A stretch of DNA of 64,000 nucleotides from Bacillota bacterium (GCA_015059195.1 SVAW01000003.1:30445-94444), one strand, 5' to 3'. Shown: positions 39,361 through 50,180, counted from the stretch's first letter. Numbers and translations: made by a program. The notes: generated by a model not told the origin, from the letters alone.

Positions 39361-41530
39361 TTACTAACTCCTCCTTACTAAGCTGTGATAAGGCAATTTC
39401 CTTATAAACTTTACATTTTTTCATTAACTGTTTATGAGTCCCTTTACCTACGATTTTCCCTTCGTCTAAAACAATAATCTGTTCAGCATTCATAATTGTA
39501 CTTATTCTTTGAGCAACAATTATAACCGTTTTATCCTTAGTAGCCTTTTTTAACTCGCTTCTTAATTTAGCATCTGTTTTAAAATCTAATGCCGAAAAAC
39601 TATCATCAAAAATATAAATATCTGGGCTTTTAGCAATAGCACGGGCAATCGCTAATCTTTGTTTTTGCCCCCCAGAAACATTAGTCCCGCCTTGAGTGAT
39701 TTTATACTTTGTTTTGCCTTTTAACTTACTAACAAACTCTTCTGCTTGGGAAATTCGAATAGCTTCTTTTATATTTTGTTTATCAACCACTTCGTTTCCA
39801 TAGTTAACATTCGATTCTATATCCCCAGTAAATAATACTCCTTTTTGAGGAACAAATCCTATACTATCTCTAAGATCATGAACATCCACAACTTTAACAT
39901 CTTTCCCATTAACTAAGATGCTTCCACTAGTTACATCATAAAAACGCGGTATTAAATTTATTAAAGTAGACTTGCCACTTCCCGTAGAACCAATAAAAGC
40001 CGTAGTTTCTCCAGGCACAGCGGTAAAATTAATATCAGTAATAACATCATAATCTGCATCTGGATATCTAAATGAGACATTTTGAAATTCGATTATTCCT
40101 TTTTTAGTTTCATCAAAGCCTTCTGGATGTACTGGATTTTTAATTGTGTCTTCTGTTTCGATAACCTCTATAATACGTTTAGCCGATACGCTTGCACGAG
40201 GTAACATAATTGACATTGTAGAAATCATTAAAAAGGCACTTATTATTTGCATTGTGTACTGGATGTATGCCATAATATCCCCCACTTGCATAACTCCAGA
40301 ATCTACATTCTTAGCTCCAACATAAACGATAATTAAGGAAATAATATTCATAATAAACATCATTGCCGGCATCATGAAACTCATCACCCTACCAATAAAT
40401 ATATTTGTATTGGTAAAACCCTTATTAGCCATATCAAAGCGTTTTTCTTCATACTTTTCATTTGAGAAAGCACGAATAACAGGTAATCCGGTTAAAATTT
40501 CGCGAGTGACTAAATTAACTTTATCAACTAGCTTTTGAATAATTTTAAATTTTGGCATCGCAATACTAAATAATACTATAACTAGTGATGTTATAGATAA
40601 CACTGCAATTCCTATAACATAGGTCATTGAAGGGTTGGTGTTATATGCTTTTACTACGCCACCAATTCCTATGATTGGAGCATAAAATACTACTCTAAGC
40701 AAAAATACTACAATCGATTGAACTTGCTGAATATCATTAGTTGTTCTAGTAATCAACGACGATTGACCATAAGTTTTAATCTCACTTTTACTAAAACCAA
40801 CAACCTTTTTAAATACTTTCGAACGTAAAGTATATCCTAATTTTGCTGCCATTCTAGAACCAACAAATACAGTTAAAATCCCCACTGCCATAGTAGCTAA
40901 AGATATCACAATCATCATTAAGCCTGTTTTAAATATATATGCATTTTGAATTTTAACATTATCAATATCAAGACGTACATACTCTTCTTTAACAAATTCT
41001 ACTGCAGTACTATTAATAATAGATTCTGGCATCGCATTAACTGTAGTATTTATAGTATTTAACAACGTTAGCCTATCTTCTACACTCATATTAGTAATCA
41101 TATCGATAGGATCTATTCCTTCAGGTACATCAATAAAATTAATCACATTCCCTGAAATATTAGCATTTTTAATATATGTTAGTATTAACATTGGTTTTGC
41201 CAATATATTAGATACTTGTTCTAAATCACAATCTTCTTTCAGTGCGTATTTTTTCTCCTGAGTATCATTTACAAAACCATCTTCATAGTAACAATCATAA
41301 ATATAGTTTTTATCTAGTTCGCTCGTAAATAACATCAATTTATTTAGAGACGATTCTCCAATTTCAACAATAGCTGCGTTTTCGATACCACTTTGCTGTA
41401 CTCCCACATTTACTATTTTTGAAGTATAATCCGGTAAGGTTAAATCAAAAAAAGCCTGTAACACCAATAAACCCACTATTCCAAATATAGAAAAAACAGA
41501 ATTTTTTAAATATTTTAAAATTTTTATCAT
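39350..41530 (-). CDS. ABC exporter, fused permease/ATP-binding subunit with about 150-aa extracytoplasmic insertion after TM1
   Basis: NBD with GSTGSGKST, VSGGQKQRLAIARAI, IYIFDDSFSALD. Overlaps the downstream partner by 11 nt. Confidence 0.85.
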   Translation of the reverse strand: MIKILKYLKNSVFSIFGIVGLLVLQAFFDLTLPDYTSKIVNVGVQQSGIENAAIVEIGESSLNKLMLFTSELDKNYIYDCYYEDGFVNDTQEKKYALKEDCDLEQVSNILAKPMLILTYIKNANISGNVINFIDVPEGIDPIDMITNMSVEDRLTLLNTINTTVNAMPESIINSTAVEFVKEEYVRLDIDNVKIQNAYIFKTGLMMIVISLATMAVGILTVFVGSRMAAKLGYTLRSKVFKKVVGFSKSEIKTYGQSSLITRTTNDIQQVQSIVVFLLRVVFYAPIIGIGGVVKAYNTNPSMTYVIGIAVLSITSLVIVLFSIAMPKFKIIQKLVDKVNLVTREILTGLPVIRAFSNEKYEEKRFDMANKGFTNTNIFIGRVMSFMMPAMMFIMNIISLIIVYVGAKNVDSGVMQVGDIMAYIQYTMQIISAFLMISTMSIMLPRASVSAKRIIEVIETEDTIKNPVHPEGFDETKKGIIEFQNVSFRYPDADYDVITDINFTAVPGETTAFIGSTGSGKSTLINLIPRFYDVTSGSILVNGKDVKVVDVHDLRDSIGFVPQKGVLFTGDIESNVNYGNEVVDKQNIKEAIRISQAEEFVSKLKGKTKYKITQGGTNVSGGQKQRLAIARAIAKSPDIYIFDDSFSALDFKTDAKLRSELKKATKDKTVIIVAQRISTIMNAEQIIVLDEGKIVGKGTHKQLMKKCKVYKEIALSQLSKEELVNES

Positions 41531-41573
41531 TATCTGTATTCCTTTCTAAATTAAAGAAGAAGCATAACTTCTC

Positions 41574-42131
41574 CTAACTAATTAATACATCTCCGATGAT
41601 ATTCACTATAGAATAACCTAAATCACTGATATTATAAACAAAATCTTTAAATTTGTGATTTTTAGCTTTTTTGTTATCTATAGTAATTAAAATTTGATTA
41701 TCAATCTCTAAGATTTCGATTTTTGTATCATATCTTCCATATCTTTTTTCAAGTAATTCCACATCCATATCTTTCTTATAACCATAAATATATAGTTTAG
41801 TTTTATTGATATATACGCTATCTCTAATAAATGTTCTTAAGAATTTTGAAACATCCTCAATGTTACATATAATATAATCTATTTTTTTCTTTTTAAAAAT
41901 TTTTCTTATCTTTTTGATAGAAACAGTTTTACCTCTAGCACCATTTTCATAATTTTTAGCTCTTTTTTTGCCATTAAATGTCATACTGTAACTCTTCTTA
42001 ATTTTCTCATTTTTTTCGAGAACTTGAACAACAGTAGGAAAGTCCAACCCAATAGTTAAAACGTTCCCAGAAAAATCTTTACATATTTTTTTTAATTCTC
42101 CTATTAATGTCATATAATCACTTCTTTTCAT
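41574..42131 (-). CDS. hypothetical protein translationally coupled to tcdA
   Basis: 185 aa, basic, no recognisable motif. Its start overlaps the tcdA stop by 14 nt. Confidence 0.45.
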   Translation of the reverse strand: MKRSDYMTLIGELKKICKDFSGNVLTIGLDFPTVVQVLEKNEKIKKSYSMTFNGKKRAKNYENGARGKTVSIKKIRKIFKKKKIDYIICNIEDVSKFLRTFIRDSVYINKTKLYIYGYKKDMDVELLEKRYGRYDTKIEILEIDNQILITIDNKKAKNHKFKDFVYNISDLGYSIVNIIGDVLIS

Positions 42132-42801
42132 TTAAAATATCATTTATCACAAAACTAGCACATAATAGTCCTGCAGTAGCAGGGACATAAGCATTAGAAC
42201 CGATAGGATTTGAAATTTTTAATGGGGCCTCATCACTGCAAACCACCATAACCTTATAATTAATTTTGTTTTCAATAACAAATTTACGTAAAATTTTAGC
42301 AATTGGATCATAACTGGTTTTTCTAATATCAGTTATTTTAAATCTTGACGGATCAAATTTGTTACCTGTTCCCATACAAGAAATTAATTTAATATTACGC
42401 TTCTTACAATCTAATACTAATTGTTTTTTTACATCAATAGTATCGCATGCATCAATTATATATTGAACACCCTTGTTATATAATTCTCGAATATTATCTA
42501 AATCTATTTTTTTAGAAATCACTTCCACTTTACAAGAAGGATTAATCAACTTAATTCTTTCTAATAAAGCCTCCGTTTTTAGCAGATTAATATTACTGTG
42601 GTAAGTCATCAGCTGTCTATTTAAATTAGAAATATCAATTCTATCATAGTCTACTAATACTAAATTACATACCCCACTTCTAACTAAGGCTTCAACCGCG
42701 TAGCTACCTACTCCTCCAAGTCCTAGTACTAAAACTTTGGTTTGTAAAACATCTTTTATCTTTTCACCAACCATAAGTTCAAACCTTGTAAGCTGTTCCA
42801 T
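42118..42801 (-). CDS. tcdA: tRNA threonylcarbamoyladenosine dehydratase (ThiF/MoeB family, TcdA/CsdL-like)
   Basis: Rossmann LGLGGVGSYAVEALVRSGV; ThiF-family length and pattern. Confidence 0.75.
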   Translation of the reverse strand: MEQLTRFELMVGEKIKDVLQTKVLVLGLGGVGSYAVEALVRSGVCNLVLVDYDRIDISNLNRQLMTYHSNINLLKTEALLERIKLINPSCKVEVISKKIDLDNIRELYNKGVQYIIDACDTIDVKKQLVLDCKKRNIKLISCMGTGNKFDPSRFKITDIRKTSYDPIAKILRKFVIENKINYKVMVVCSDEAPLKISNPIGSNAYVPATAGLLCASFVINDILNEKK

Positions 42802-42872
42802 GCTATCACCATATCTATTATAACAAAATTAGGCAATAAAAAAAAGCCCAAATAATCGGCGTCGCAACGATT

Positions 42873-42891
42873 AAAAACCTAGTCTCCCAGG
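42873..42891 (-). terminator. intrinsic terminator after aspS (CCUGG-GAGA-CUAGG + U5)
   Basis: 5-bp stem with GAGA tetraloop followed by UUUUU on the minus strand. A second imperfect hairpin plus U8 lies at about 42841-42872. Confidence 0.45.
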
Positions 42892-43061
42892 TGGGCATCA
42901 CATTACTGATTTTAGGAGTCTCACTTAAAAGCAAGCTTTCAACACCACCAATAAATTAGATTCCCAATATCGTCAATTAGTAGGTTTTTCAAAATGACAA
43001 CCGTATTATTTAGGCAATTTAATTATATCATAAATCATACTTTTTTTAAATACAATTTACA

Positions 43062-44801
43062 CTAATTTTTAGACACTTTTAAATTTAGTTCCTCTAGCTG
43101 TTTCTCATCCACTACATTAGGGCATTCACACATCAAATCTGATGCGCTCGCTGTTTTAGGAAACGCGATAACATCCCTAATATTTTCTGTACCACTTAAT
43201 AACATTGTTAAACGATCAAGTCCCATCGCAAATCCACCGTGTGGAGGACATCCGTATTTTAAAGCATCTACAAAGAAACCAAATTTATTTTCGATTTCAT
43301 CTTCCGTAAGTTCTAATGCTTTAAACATCATTTCTTGAACATTTTCGTCATGAATACGAATAGAGCCCCCTCCTGCTTCATATCCATTAATAACTATATC
43401 ATAGGCCTTGGAATAGCAATTTGCTTTATCGTTAATTAACTTTTCAACATCACTATCTTTTGGTGCTGTGAAAGGATGATGACACGCCATAAACCTTCCT
43501 TCTTCATCACTCCATTCAAAAGATGGGAAATCCACTACCCAAAGAAGTTTATATTCATCTTTATTAATTAAATTTAAGTCGCGTGCTATTTTGCATCTAA
43601 GGGCTCCTAAAGATGCTTTCACTACCTTATAATCTCCAGAAACAATTAATACTAAATCATTTTTTTGAATATCTAATTTTGATTTAATATTCATAAGTTC
43701 AATTTCACTTAATACCTTAGCAACAGATCCAGTAATTTCTTCATTGTATTTTAAATATGCTAGACCAGTGGCTTTATAGGTTTTTACATAATCTGTTAAT
43801 TTATCTAAATCTTTTCTCGAAAAATTATTAGCAGCATCCTTTACTACAATGGCATTAATTATCCCGTTATTTTCTATAACATTTTTAAATACTGTAAATT
43901 CTGTATTTTCTAATACTTCTGTTATGTCGTTGATTTCCATTCCAAACCTTAAATCTGGTTTATCAGATCCATATTTCTCAATGGCAACATTATATTTCAT
44001 ACGCATCAAAGGAAGTTCCAAATCTATCCCTTTTACTTCTTTAAAAATACTAGCAACTAATCCTTCACCGATTGAAATAACATCTTCTTCAGTTACAAAT
44101 GACATTTCTACGTCTATTTGTGTAAATTCCGGTTGACGATCTGCTCTTAGATCCTCATCTCTAAAACATTTCGCAATTTGAAAATATCTTTCAAAACCAC
44201 TAACCATTAATAATTGTTTAAAAATTTGTGGCGACTGTGGCAACGCATAAAATTTACCCTTATTTACTCTACTGGGAACCAAATAATCACGAGCTCCTTC
44301 AGGAGTTGATTTACAAAGAATTGGTGTCTCTATTTCTAAAAAATCTAAATTGTTAAAATAGTTTCTGGTAATATGAGTAATTTTGTTTCTAATCACAAAT
44401 TTGTCTTGCAAGGTTTCTCTTCTTAAGTCTAAATAGCGATATTTTAATCTCGTATCCTCTAAAGCTGTAGTGTCATCAGTAATTAGGAAAGGGATCTCCT
44501 TTGATTTATTAATTAATGTTAATGTTTCCGCTTCTACCTCTATTTCACCAGTAGCTAAGTTTAAATTTTTGCTTTCTCTTTCTGTAATTGTACCAGTAAC
44601 ATTAATTACATATTCATTTCTTAAAGAACAAGCAATATCGTAAAAAGCATTTTCTGGTCTAACTACTACCTGAATAATTCCCGTTCTATTTCTTAAATCA
44701 ATGAAAATTAGACCGCCCAAATTACGCACCTTGCTAACCCAACCATTTATATTAACAGCTTCACCAACGTTGTTTATATTATAATATTTATATTTTTCCA
44801 T
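43062..44801 (-). CDS. aspS: aspartyl-tRNA synthetase
   Basis: Class II motifs (FRDEDLRADRQPEFTQ, GGGSIRIHD, GLDRLTM) after an N-terminal OB anticodon-binding domain. Confidence 0.95.
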   Translation of the reverse strand: MEKYKYYNINNVGEAVNINGWVSKVRNLGGLIFIDLRNRTGIIQVVVRPENAFYDIACSLRNEYVINVTGTITERESKNLNLATGEIEVEAETLTLINKSKEIPFLITDDTTALEDTRLKYRYLDLRRETLQDKFVIRNKITHITRNYFNNLDFLEIETPILCKSTPEGARDYLVPSRVNKGKFYALPQSPQIFKQLLMVSGFERYFQIAKCFRDEDLRADRQPEFTQIDVEMSFVTEEDVISIGEGLVASIFKEVKGIDLELPLMRMKYNVAIEKYGSDKPDLRFGMEINDITEVLENTEFTVFKNVIENNGIINAIVVKDAANNFSRKDLDKLTDYVKTYKATGLAYLKYNEEITGSVAKVLSEIELMNIKSKLDIQKNDLVLIVSGDYKVVKASLGALRCKIARDLNLINKDEYKLLWVVDFPSFEWSDEEGRFMACHHPFTAPKDSDVEKLINDKANCYSKAYDIVINGYEAGGGSIRIHDENVQEMMFKALELTEDEIENKFGFFVDALKYGCPPHGGFAMGLDRLTMLLSGTENIRDVIAFPKTASASDLMCECPNVVDEKQLEELNLKVSKN

Positions 44802-44819
44802 ATATTACCTCCTAAAATA

Positions 44820-46094
44820 TTATTCATGTTCTATTCTTGAATCCAAAAAATCTACCAATTCACCTTTGTCGATTTTAAATTCTTCTTTAGTGCTGTTATC
44901 TTTAACGGTCAACACATTTGTATTAGTTTCCACTTCTCCAACAATAATAATAAACTTAGCACCCAATCTTTCAGATTGTTTAAAATTAGATTTTAAATTT
45001 CTAGTCAAATAATCAGTATCACAGCTAAAGCCATTCATTCTGATTGTGTCTACTAAATTAATGCAGTAATTGTTTTCTTGTTCTGACATTGGAATTACAT
45101 ATACATCTATATGATTATCTTCAATTATATTTATCTTTTCAAAGTCTAGCGCAGTAATCAATCGTTCAAGACCCAAAGCAAATCCAACCCCAGGAGTATC
45201 TGGGCCTCCAATGCTTGATACTAAATTATTATATCTACCACCAGCGCCTAATACGTTTTGACTTCCGAATCCTTCTACACTTGCTTCTACTTCAAATACA
45301 GTATGAGTATAATAGTCAAGTCCTCTTACTATTTTTGGATTAACTACAAACTCTATATTCATTGCTTTTAAATATGATTGTACATCTTCAAAGTGCTTTT
45401 TGCTAACATCATTTAAATAATCAATCATCTTTGGAGCATTTTCCATTATCGGATTTTTAGCATCTACTTTGCAATCTAGAATGCGTAATGGATTTTTATA
45501 GAAACGATTTTTACAATCCTCACACAACTCATTTAAATATGGTTTAAAGTATTCTACTAAAGCCTTGCGATAATTTTCTCTTGATTCACTATCACCTAAA
45601 CTATTAATATTTACCTTAATATTTTTCAAACCTAATAATTGATAAAAACGTACCGGAATACTAATTACCTCAGCATCCATAAGTGGATTTTCTGTACCAA
45701 AAACTTCGACACCAAATTGATAAAACTCTCTAAAACGGCCTGATTGTGGGCGTTCGTATCGATACATAGGGCCATAATACCAAGTTTTTACTGGCTGCTC
45801 TGCTCTACCGTACATCTTATTTTCAATAAAACTACGTACAACACCGGCAGTTCCCTCTGGTCTTAAAGTCATATTTCTCTCGCCACGATCTATAAAATCA
45901 TAAGTTTCTTTAGTTACTATATCACTAGTTTCTCCTACCCCACGATGAAACAATTCGCTTGCCTCAAATATTGGCGTTCTAACGAACTCGTAATTATATT
46001 TTTCCATCAAAACTTGCAATAAATCTTCTAAATATAAAATTTTCTTGCCATAATCTCCATAAACATCATATGTTCCTTTTGGTTTTTGTATCAT
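44820..46094 (-). CDS. hisS: histidyl-tRNA synthetase
   Basis: Class II HisRS motifs (RPEGTAGV, YYTHTVFE, GGRYNNL). Confidence 0.95.
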   Translation of the reverse strand: MIQKPKGTYDVYGDYGKKILYLEDLLQVLMEKYNYEFVRTPIFEASELFHRGVGETSDIVTKETYDFIDRGERNMTLRPEGTAGVVRSFIENKMYGRAEQPVKTWYYGPMYRYERPQSGRFREFYQFGVEVFGTENPLMDAEVISIPVRFYQLLGLKNIKVNINSLGDSESRENYRKALVEYFKPYLNELCEDCKNRFYKNPLRILDCKVDAKNPIMENAPKMIDYLNDVSKKHFEDVQSYLKAMNIEFVVNPKIVRGLDYYTHTVFEVEASVEGFGSQNVLGAGGRYNNLVSSIGGPDTPGVGFALGLERLITALDFEKINIIEDNHIDVYVIPMSEQENNYCINLVDTIRMNGFSCDTDYLTRNLKSNFKQSERLGAKFIIIVGEVETNTNVLTVKDNSTKEEFKIDKGELVDFLDSRIEHE

Positions 46095-46099
46095 AACTT

Positions 46100-46297
46100 C
46101 CTCCTTATAATAAAATAAGTCTATAACGTAAGGGCGAATAATCGCGGTACCACCTTACTTTATAGACTCTAATTCTTAACGCGAATAACGATTATTTAGC
46201 GTTCGATGTCTTCTTATAATTCTTTTAGACGTTTTCACCATCCACGTCCTCTCTTGCAAAAATACTTATAATACTCTTTCAAACAAATAATTACCTA
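46100..46297 (-). promoter_or_regulatory. T-box riboswitch leader of hisS-aspS operon
   Basis: Minus strand carries the T-box core AGGTGGTACCGCG (plus coordinates 46143-46155), the Stem-I AGAGAGGA / GGTGAAA elements (46229-46259) and a terminator/antiterminator region. Confidence 0.7.
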
Positions 46298-46304
46298 TGA
46301 GTAT

Positions 46305-46333
46305 AGTATATAGTATTTTCGCATTTTCGTCAA
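46305..46333 (-). promoter_or_regulatory. sigma-A promoter TTGACG-17-TATACT for T-box/hisS-aspS
   Basis: Minus-strand -35 (plus 46328-46333) and -10 (plus 46305-46310) with a 17-nt spacer. Confidence 0.55.
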
Positions 46334-46385
46334 TAAATACGTATCATAAATATAATTTTATTTGTAGATAATTAATGGTTGCAAA

Positions 46386-46412
46386 ATAAAAAATACCATT
46401 ATATATGGTATC
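46386..46412 (-). terminator. intrinsic terminator after AI-2E transporter gene
   Basis: Minus-strand hairpin ataccatata/taatggtat followed by a U-run. Confidence 0.55.
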
Positions 46413-46413
46413 T

Positions 46414-47499
46414 TTATTTTACTGTTTTCTTTTTGATTGTTTTCATATCCTCTATTTTGTCACTAATATCTTCCTTGAAGTATTTATATGTAGTAACCAT
46501 TATAATAGCAACTGGCAGCGATAAAATAACACCACCTATACCAAATAATGTTCCACCTACAAAGACTGATAAAATAACAACTAAAGGATGAACTTTATTG
46601 GTTTTACCATACATTAACGGATTAATCACATATCCATCTAAAGTAGATAAAATTACAAAAGCTATTACTGTACGAATAAATAGTGCTGGTGAAATTACAA
46701 AAGCAGTAATTGCGGCAATACAGTTAGTAATAATCCCACCAAAATATGGAATTAAGCTAGCAAGAGCTGCTAGAAAACCAAGTAGTAGTGCATTTGGATG
46801 ACCAATAATCAAGAATGCTAATGAATATTCAACAGCAGTGATTAACACTATTTTAAAGAACCCTGTTAGATAACTTTTCATTTGTTCATCTAATAATACC
46901 ACGTAACGATATACTTTTCTGGATTTCTTTTTCAAAAAATCTCCAACTTCATCCCTAATTTTATCCATATCTACTAAAATATAAATTGATGCAGAAAATG
47001 ATATTAAAGCCACTGTAATATATCCAACTGATATTCCAATAAAATTAGCAGCACCATTAGATAGTACAGTACCCAATCTTTCAATAATTTGATTAAATGT
47101 ACCAGATAATGTTTCTTGTAAATTCCCAAAATTTAAATCAAACTTTAAGGATATTTCTTTAATAAATGCAATTATTCCATTGAACAAACTACCTAATTGA
47201 GAAAATAACATTGGAAAAGCTATTCCCAAAATCAAACCTAATACTACCAACACAGTCAATATTACAATTACTACAGCTATTGATTTTGGCACTTTCCTGT
47301 CCGTTAAAAACTTTAAATACGGATGTAAAACATAAGCCAAAATAAAGGCTAAAAATAAAGGTGTAATTATTTTAATGATAATCCCAGCTAGTCCTAGCCA
47401 AATTTCACTGGTTTGATACATTAAAAATATTACTAATGTGATTATTGCAAAATTTATTAATTTAAAATCTAATTTATTCTTTAGCATTACTATCACCAC
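46414..47499 (-). CDS. AI-2E family transporter (UPF0118/PerM-like)
   Basis: 361 aa with 8 TM segments; conserved PFxxAFILAYVL-like N-terminal region. Confidence 0.75.
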   Translation of the reverse strand: MVIVMLKNKLDFKLINFAIITLVIFLMYQTSEIWLGLAGIIIKIITPLFLAFILAYVLHPYLKFLTDRKVPKSIAVVIVILTVLVVLGLILGIAFPMLFSQLGSLFNGIIAFIKEISLKFDLNFGNLQETLSGTFNQIIERLGTVLSNGAANFIGISVGYITVALISFSASIYILVDMDKIRDEVGDFLKKKSRKVYRYVVLLDEQMKSYLTGFFKIVLITAVEYSLAFLIIGHPNALLLGFLAALASLIPYFGGIITNCIAAITAFVISPALFIRTVIAFVILSTLDGYVINPLMYGKTNKVHPLVVILSVFVGGTLFGIGGVILSLPVAIIMVTTYKYFKEDISDKIEDMKTIKKKTVK

Positions 47500-47932
47500 T
47501 TTCTAATAATATCGTAACAGGGCCATCATTATTAATATTTACTACCATATCTGCCCCAAAAATCCCGGTTTTTACTGCTATTCCATATTCTCTTAATTTT
47601 TCATTAAATAAATCATATAAAGGAGAAGCTTCCGTCGAGCCTAAGGCATCTACATAGCTCGGCCTATTCCCCTTTGCTGTATTTGCATACAACGTAAATT
47701 GAGAAATGCTAAGAATAGAACCACCAACATCTAATAATGATCTATTCATAACTCCATTATCATCATCAAATATTCTTAAATTCATAATTTTTTTAGCTAA
47801 ATATTCAATCTCTTTAATACTATCTCCTTTAGTAAAACCAACCAATAGTACCAACCCATAATCAATTTGCCCTACTTGTGTTCCATCAATGGTTACATTT
47901 GAACTTCTACTTCTTTGTACAATAACTCTCAT
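47474..47932 (-). CDS. dtd: D-aminoacyl-tRNA deacylase
   Basis: MRVIVQRS...SQFTLY...NGPVT hallmark Dtd motifs. Directly downstream of relA as in Bacillus. Confidence 0.9.
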   Translation of the reverse strand: MRVIVQRSRSSNVTIDGTQVGQIDYGLVLLVGFTKGDSIKEIEYLAKKIMNLRIFDDDNGVMNRSLLDVGGSILSISQFTLYANTAKGNRPSYVDALGSTEASPLYDLFNEKLREYGIAVKTGIFGADMVVNINNDGPVTILLESGDSNAKE

Positions 47933-50097
47933 TACTTAATTAGCCTTTCTACATCTAAAATATTCGGAATAGATTGAATATCATTCATAAATTTAATCAG
48001 CTTTTCTTTATTTTCAACTAACACAGTAATGTGAAACAAATGGTTTTCACTAGTACTAATATTTTTAATACTTTCTACAGTAATATTACTATTAGAAGTT
48101 TTCGAAATTATATTTACCAATACATTATTTTCTTCACTAGCATGAACCAAAATAGTAGTTGGATATTTTTTAGTTGTAACATTATTCCAACTAACTTCAA
48201 TAATTCTTTCTTCTAATTCGCTTACATTAGGACATACCATTCTATGAACAGAAATACCATTTCCTTTTGTAATATAACCGACTATTCTATCACCTGGAAT
48301 TGGTTTACAACAAGAAGCAATATTAACTTTTATATCATCAATTCCCTCTACAATGATATCTGCCTTGATAGAATCTAAATTTACTTCCTTCTCAGTAACC
48401 TTCTTCAAAATCATTTCTTCTTTTGTATCAGTTTCTGCAACTATTATATTAATAATTTGTGTTGGAGTGAACTTATTAGATCCAATTCCAATATATAGTT
48501 CGTGTAAATCCCCACATTTTGTTTCATCTAAAATTTCGGAAATATTTTCATCACTAAAAAAATCATTTTGAGTGATTTTTTTCTTACGCAATTCTTTTAA
48601 TAGTGCTTCCTCACCCTTTTTAAAATTTTCATCTTTATCTATTTTGTTAAAGAAGGCCTTAATTTTATTTTTTGCTTGACTAGTTCTTGCCATATTAATC
48701 CATTCACGATTAGGGCCACTAGAATTCTTGTTAGTATTAATTTTAATAATATCATTATCTTGCAGTTCGTAATCTAATGGAACTATAGAATTATTAACAA
48801 TAGCTCCTACCATAGTATCTCCCACACGACTGTGTACACGGTAAGCAAAATCTATCGGAGTAGACCCACTAGGAAGCTCTACAACATCTCCTTTAGGTGT
48901 AAACACATAGATAGTACTTTTAAATAAATCTTCTTTAGCAGAATTAACAAATTCTTCATCAGGCATATTCTCATTTTTCAAATCGATGATAGATTTAAAA
49001 AATTGTAGTTTTTGTTCCATTTCATTTTGCATATTAGCTTTAACGTTACTACCATTTTCTTTATACGACCAATGAGAAGCAATTCCATTTTCTGCAACCT
49101 GATCCATTTCATATGTACGAATTTGAACCTCAAACAAATTGCTATCTAGTCCAAATACTGTTGTGTGCAGTGATTGATACATATTAGTTTTTGGCATTGC
49201 AATATAATCTTTAAAGCGCTTAGGCATTGGTTTAAATTTTGAATGGATAATTCCTAAAGCTTGGTAACAATCTTGTTCAGTATTTACAAAAACTCTTAGC
49301 GCTAATAAATCATATATATCACTAAATCGTTTACCTTTATCTAACTTTTTATAAATACTAAAAATACTTTTAGCTCTTCCTTTTATTTCGTGTTTAATTC
49401 CATGTTCAGTCAAAAGATTACTAACAGCATTCTGCATTTCGATAACAATATTATCTCGTTCGCTCTTAGATTGATTTAGTTTTTCAACTATCGAAAAATA
49501 TACATCAGGCTTATAATAACGAAGTGATAAATCTTCTAACTCACCCTTAATTTTATTCATACCTAAACGGTGTGCGATAGGGACTAATATATCAAGCGTT
49601 TCTTTTGCTTTTTCTTTTTGGGTTGCTTCAGGTAAAACCCATAATGTTCTCATGTTATGTAACCTATCGGCTAATTTTATTATAATCACACGCACATCTT
49701 CAGATAATCCCACTATAATCTTTCTATGATTAGCTAAAACGGCTTCATTATCACCACTAAATGATACCTTGTTAATCTTAGTTACCCCCTTTACCAATAG
49801 GGCAACATCCTCACCAAACTCACTCTTTAATTTATCATAAGTACATTTTTCTTCCTCAATTACATCATGTAGTAAAGCACCGCATATAGTTTCTGCATCT
49901 GCCTTAATTTCAGCTAAAATTGTTGCAATAGTTAGTGGATGTGACATATAAGGTTCGCCGGTCAGTCGCTTATCATCTTGATATATTTTAGAAGAAAAAT
50001 TGTATGCTTTATCAATTAAATCCAATTTTTCCTGTTCATTTATATAGCTTACAACCAAATTTTTTACATCTGTATAAGTTATGATTTTATTATCCAT
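47932..50097 (-). CDS. relA: (p)ppGpp synthetase/hydrolase RelA/SpoT family
   Basis: HD hydrolase domain (HRLGMNK, HDVIEE), synthetase domain (RAKSIFSIYKKL, DLLALRVF), plus TGS and ACT regions. Confidence 0.95.
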   Translation of the reverse strand: MDNKIITYTDVKNLVVSYINEQEKLDLIDKAYNFSSKIYQDDKRLTGEPYMSHPLTIATILAEIKADAETICGALLHDVIEEEKCTYDKLKSEFGEDVALLVKGVTKINKVSFSGDNEAVLANHRKIIVGLSEDVRVIIIKLADRLHNMRTLWVLPEATQKEKAKETLDILVPIAHRLGMNKIKGELEDLSLRYYKPDVYFSIVEKLNQSKSERDNIVIEMQNAVSNLLTEHGIKHEIKGRAKSIFSIYKKLDKGKRFSDIYDLLALRVFVNTEQDCYQALGIIHSKFKPMPKRFKDYIAMPKTNMYQSLHTTVFGLDSNLFEVQIRTYEMDQVAENGIASHWSYKENGSNVKANMQNEMEQKLQFFKSIIDLKNENMPDEEFVNSAKEDLFKSTIYVFTPKGDVVELPSGSTPIDFAYRVHSRVGDTMVGAIVNNSIVPLDYELQDNDIIKINTNKNSSGPNREWINMARTSQAKNKIKAFFNKIDKDENFKKGEEALLKELRKKKITQNDFFSDENISEILDETKCGDLHELYIGIGSNKFTPTQIINIIVAETDTKEEMILKKVTEKEVNLDSIKADIIVEGIDDIKVNIASCCKPIPGDRIVGYITKGNGISVHRMVCPNVSELEERIIEVSWNNVTTKKYPTTILVHASEENNVLVNIISKTSNSNITVESIKNISTSENHLFHITVLVENKEKLIKFMNDIQSIPNILDVERLIK

Positions 50098-50180
50098 CTT
50101 TTCACTTTCTTTCCATTATAATTATATCATAATGCTCTTAAAAATATCAATGATAGAAAAAAGAATATCCGAAGATATTC

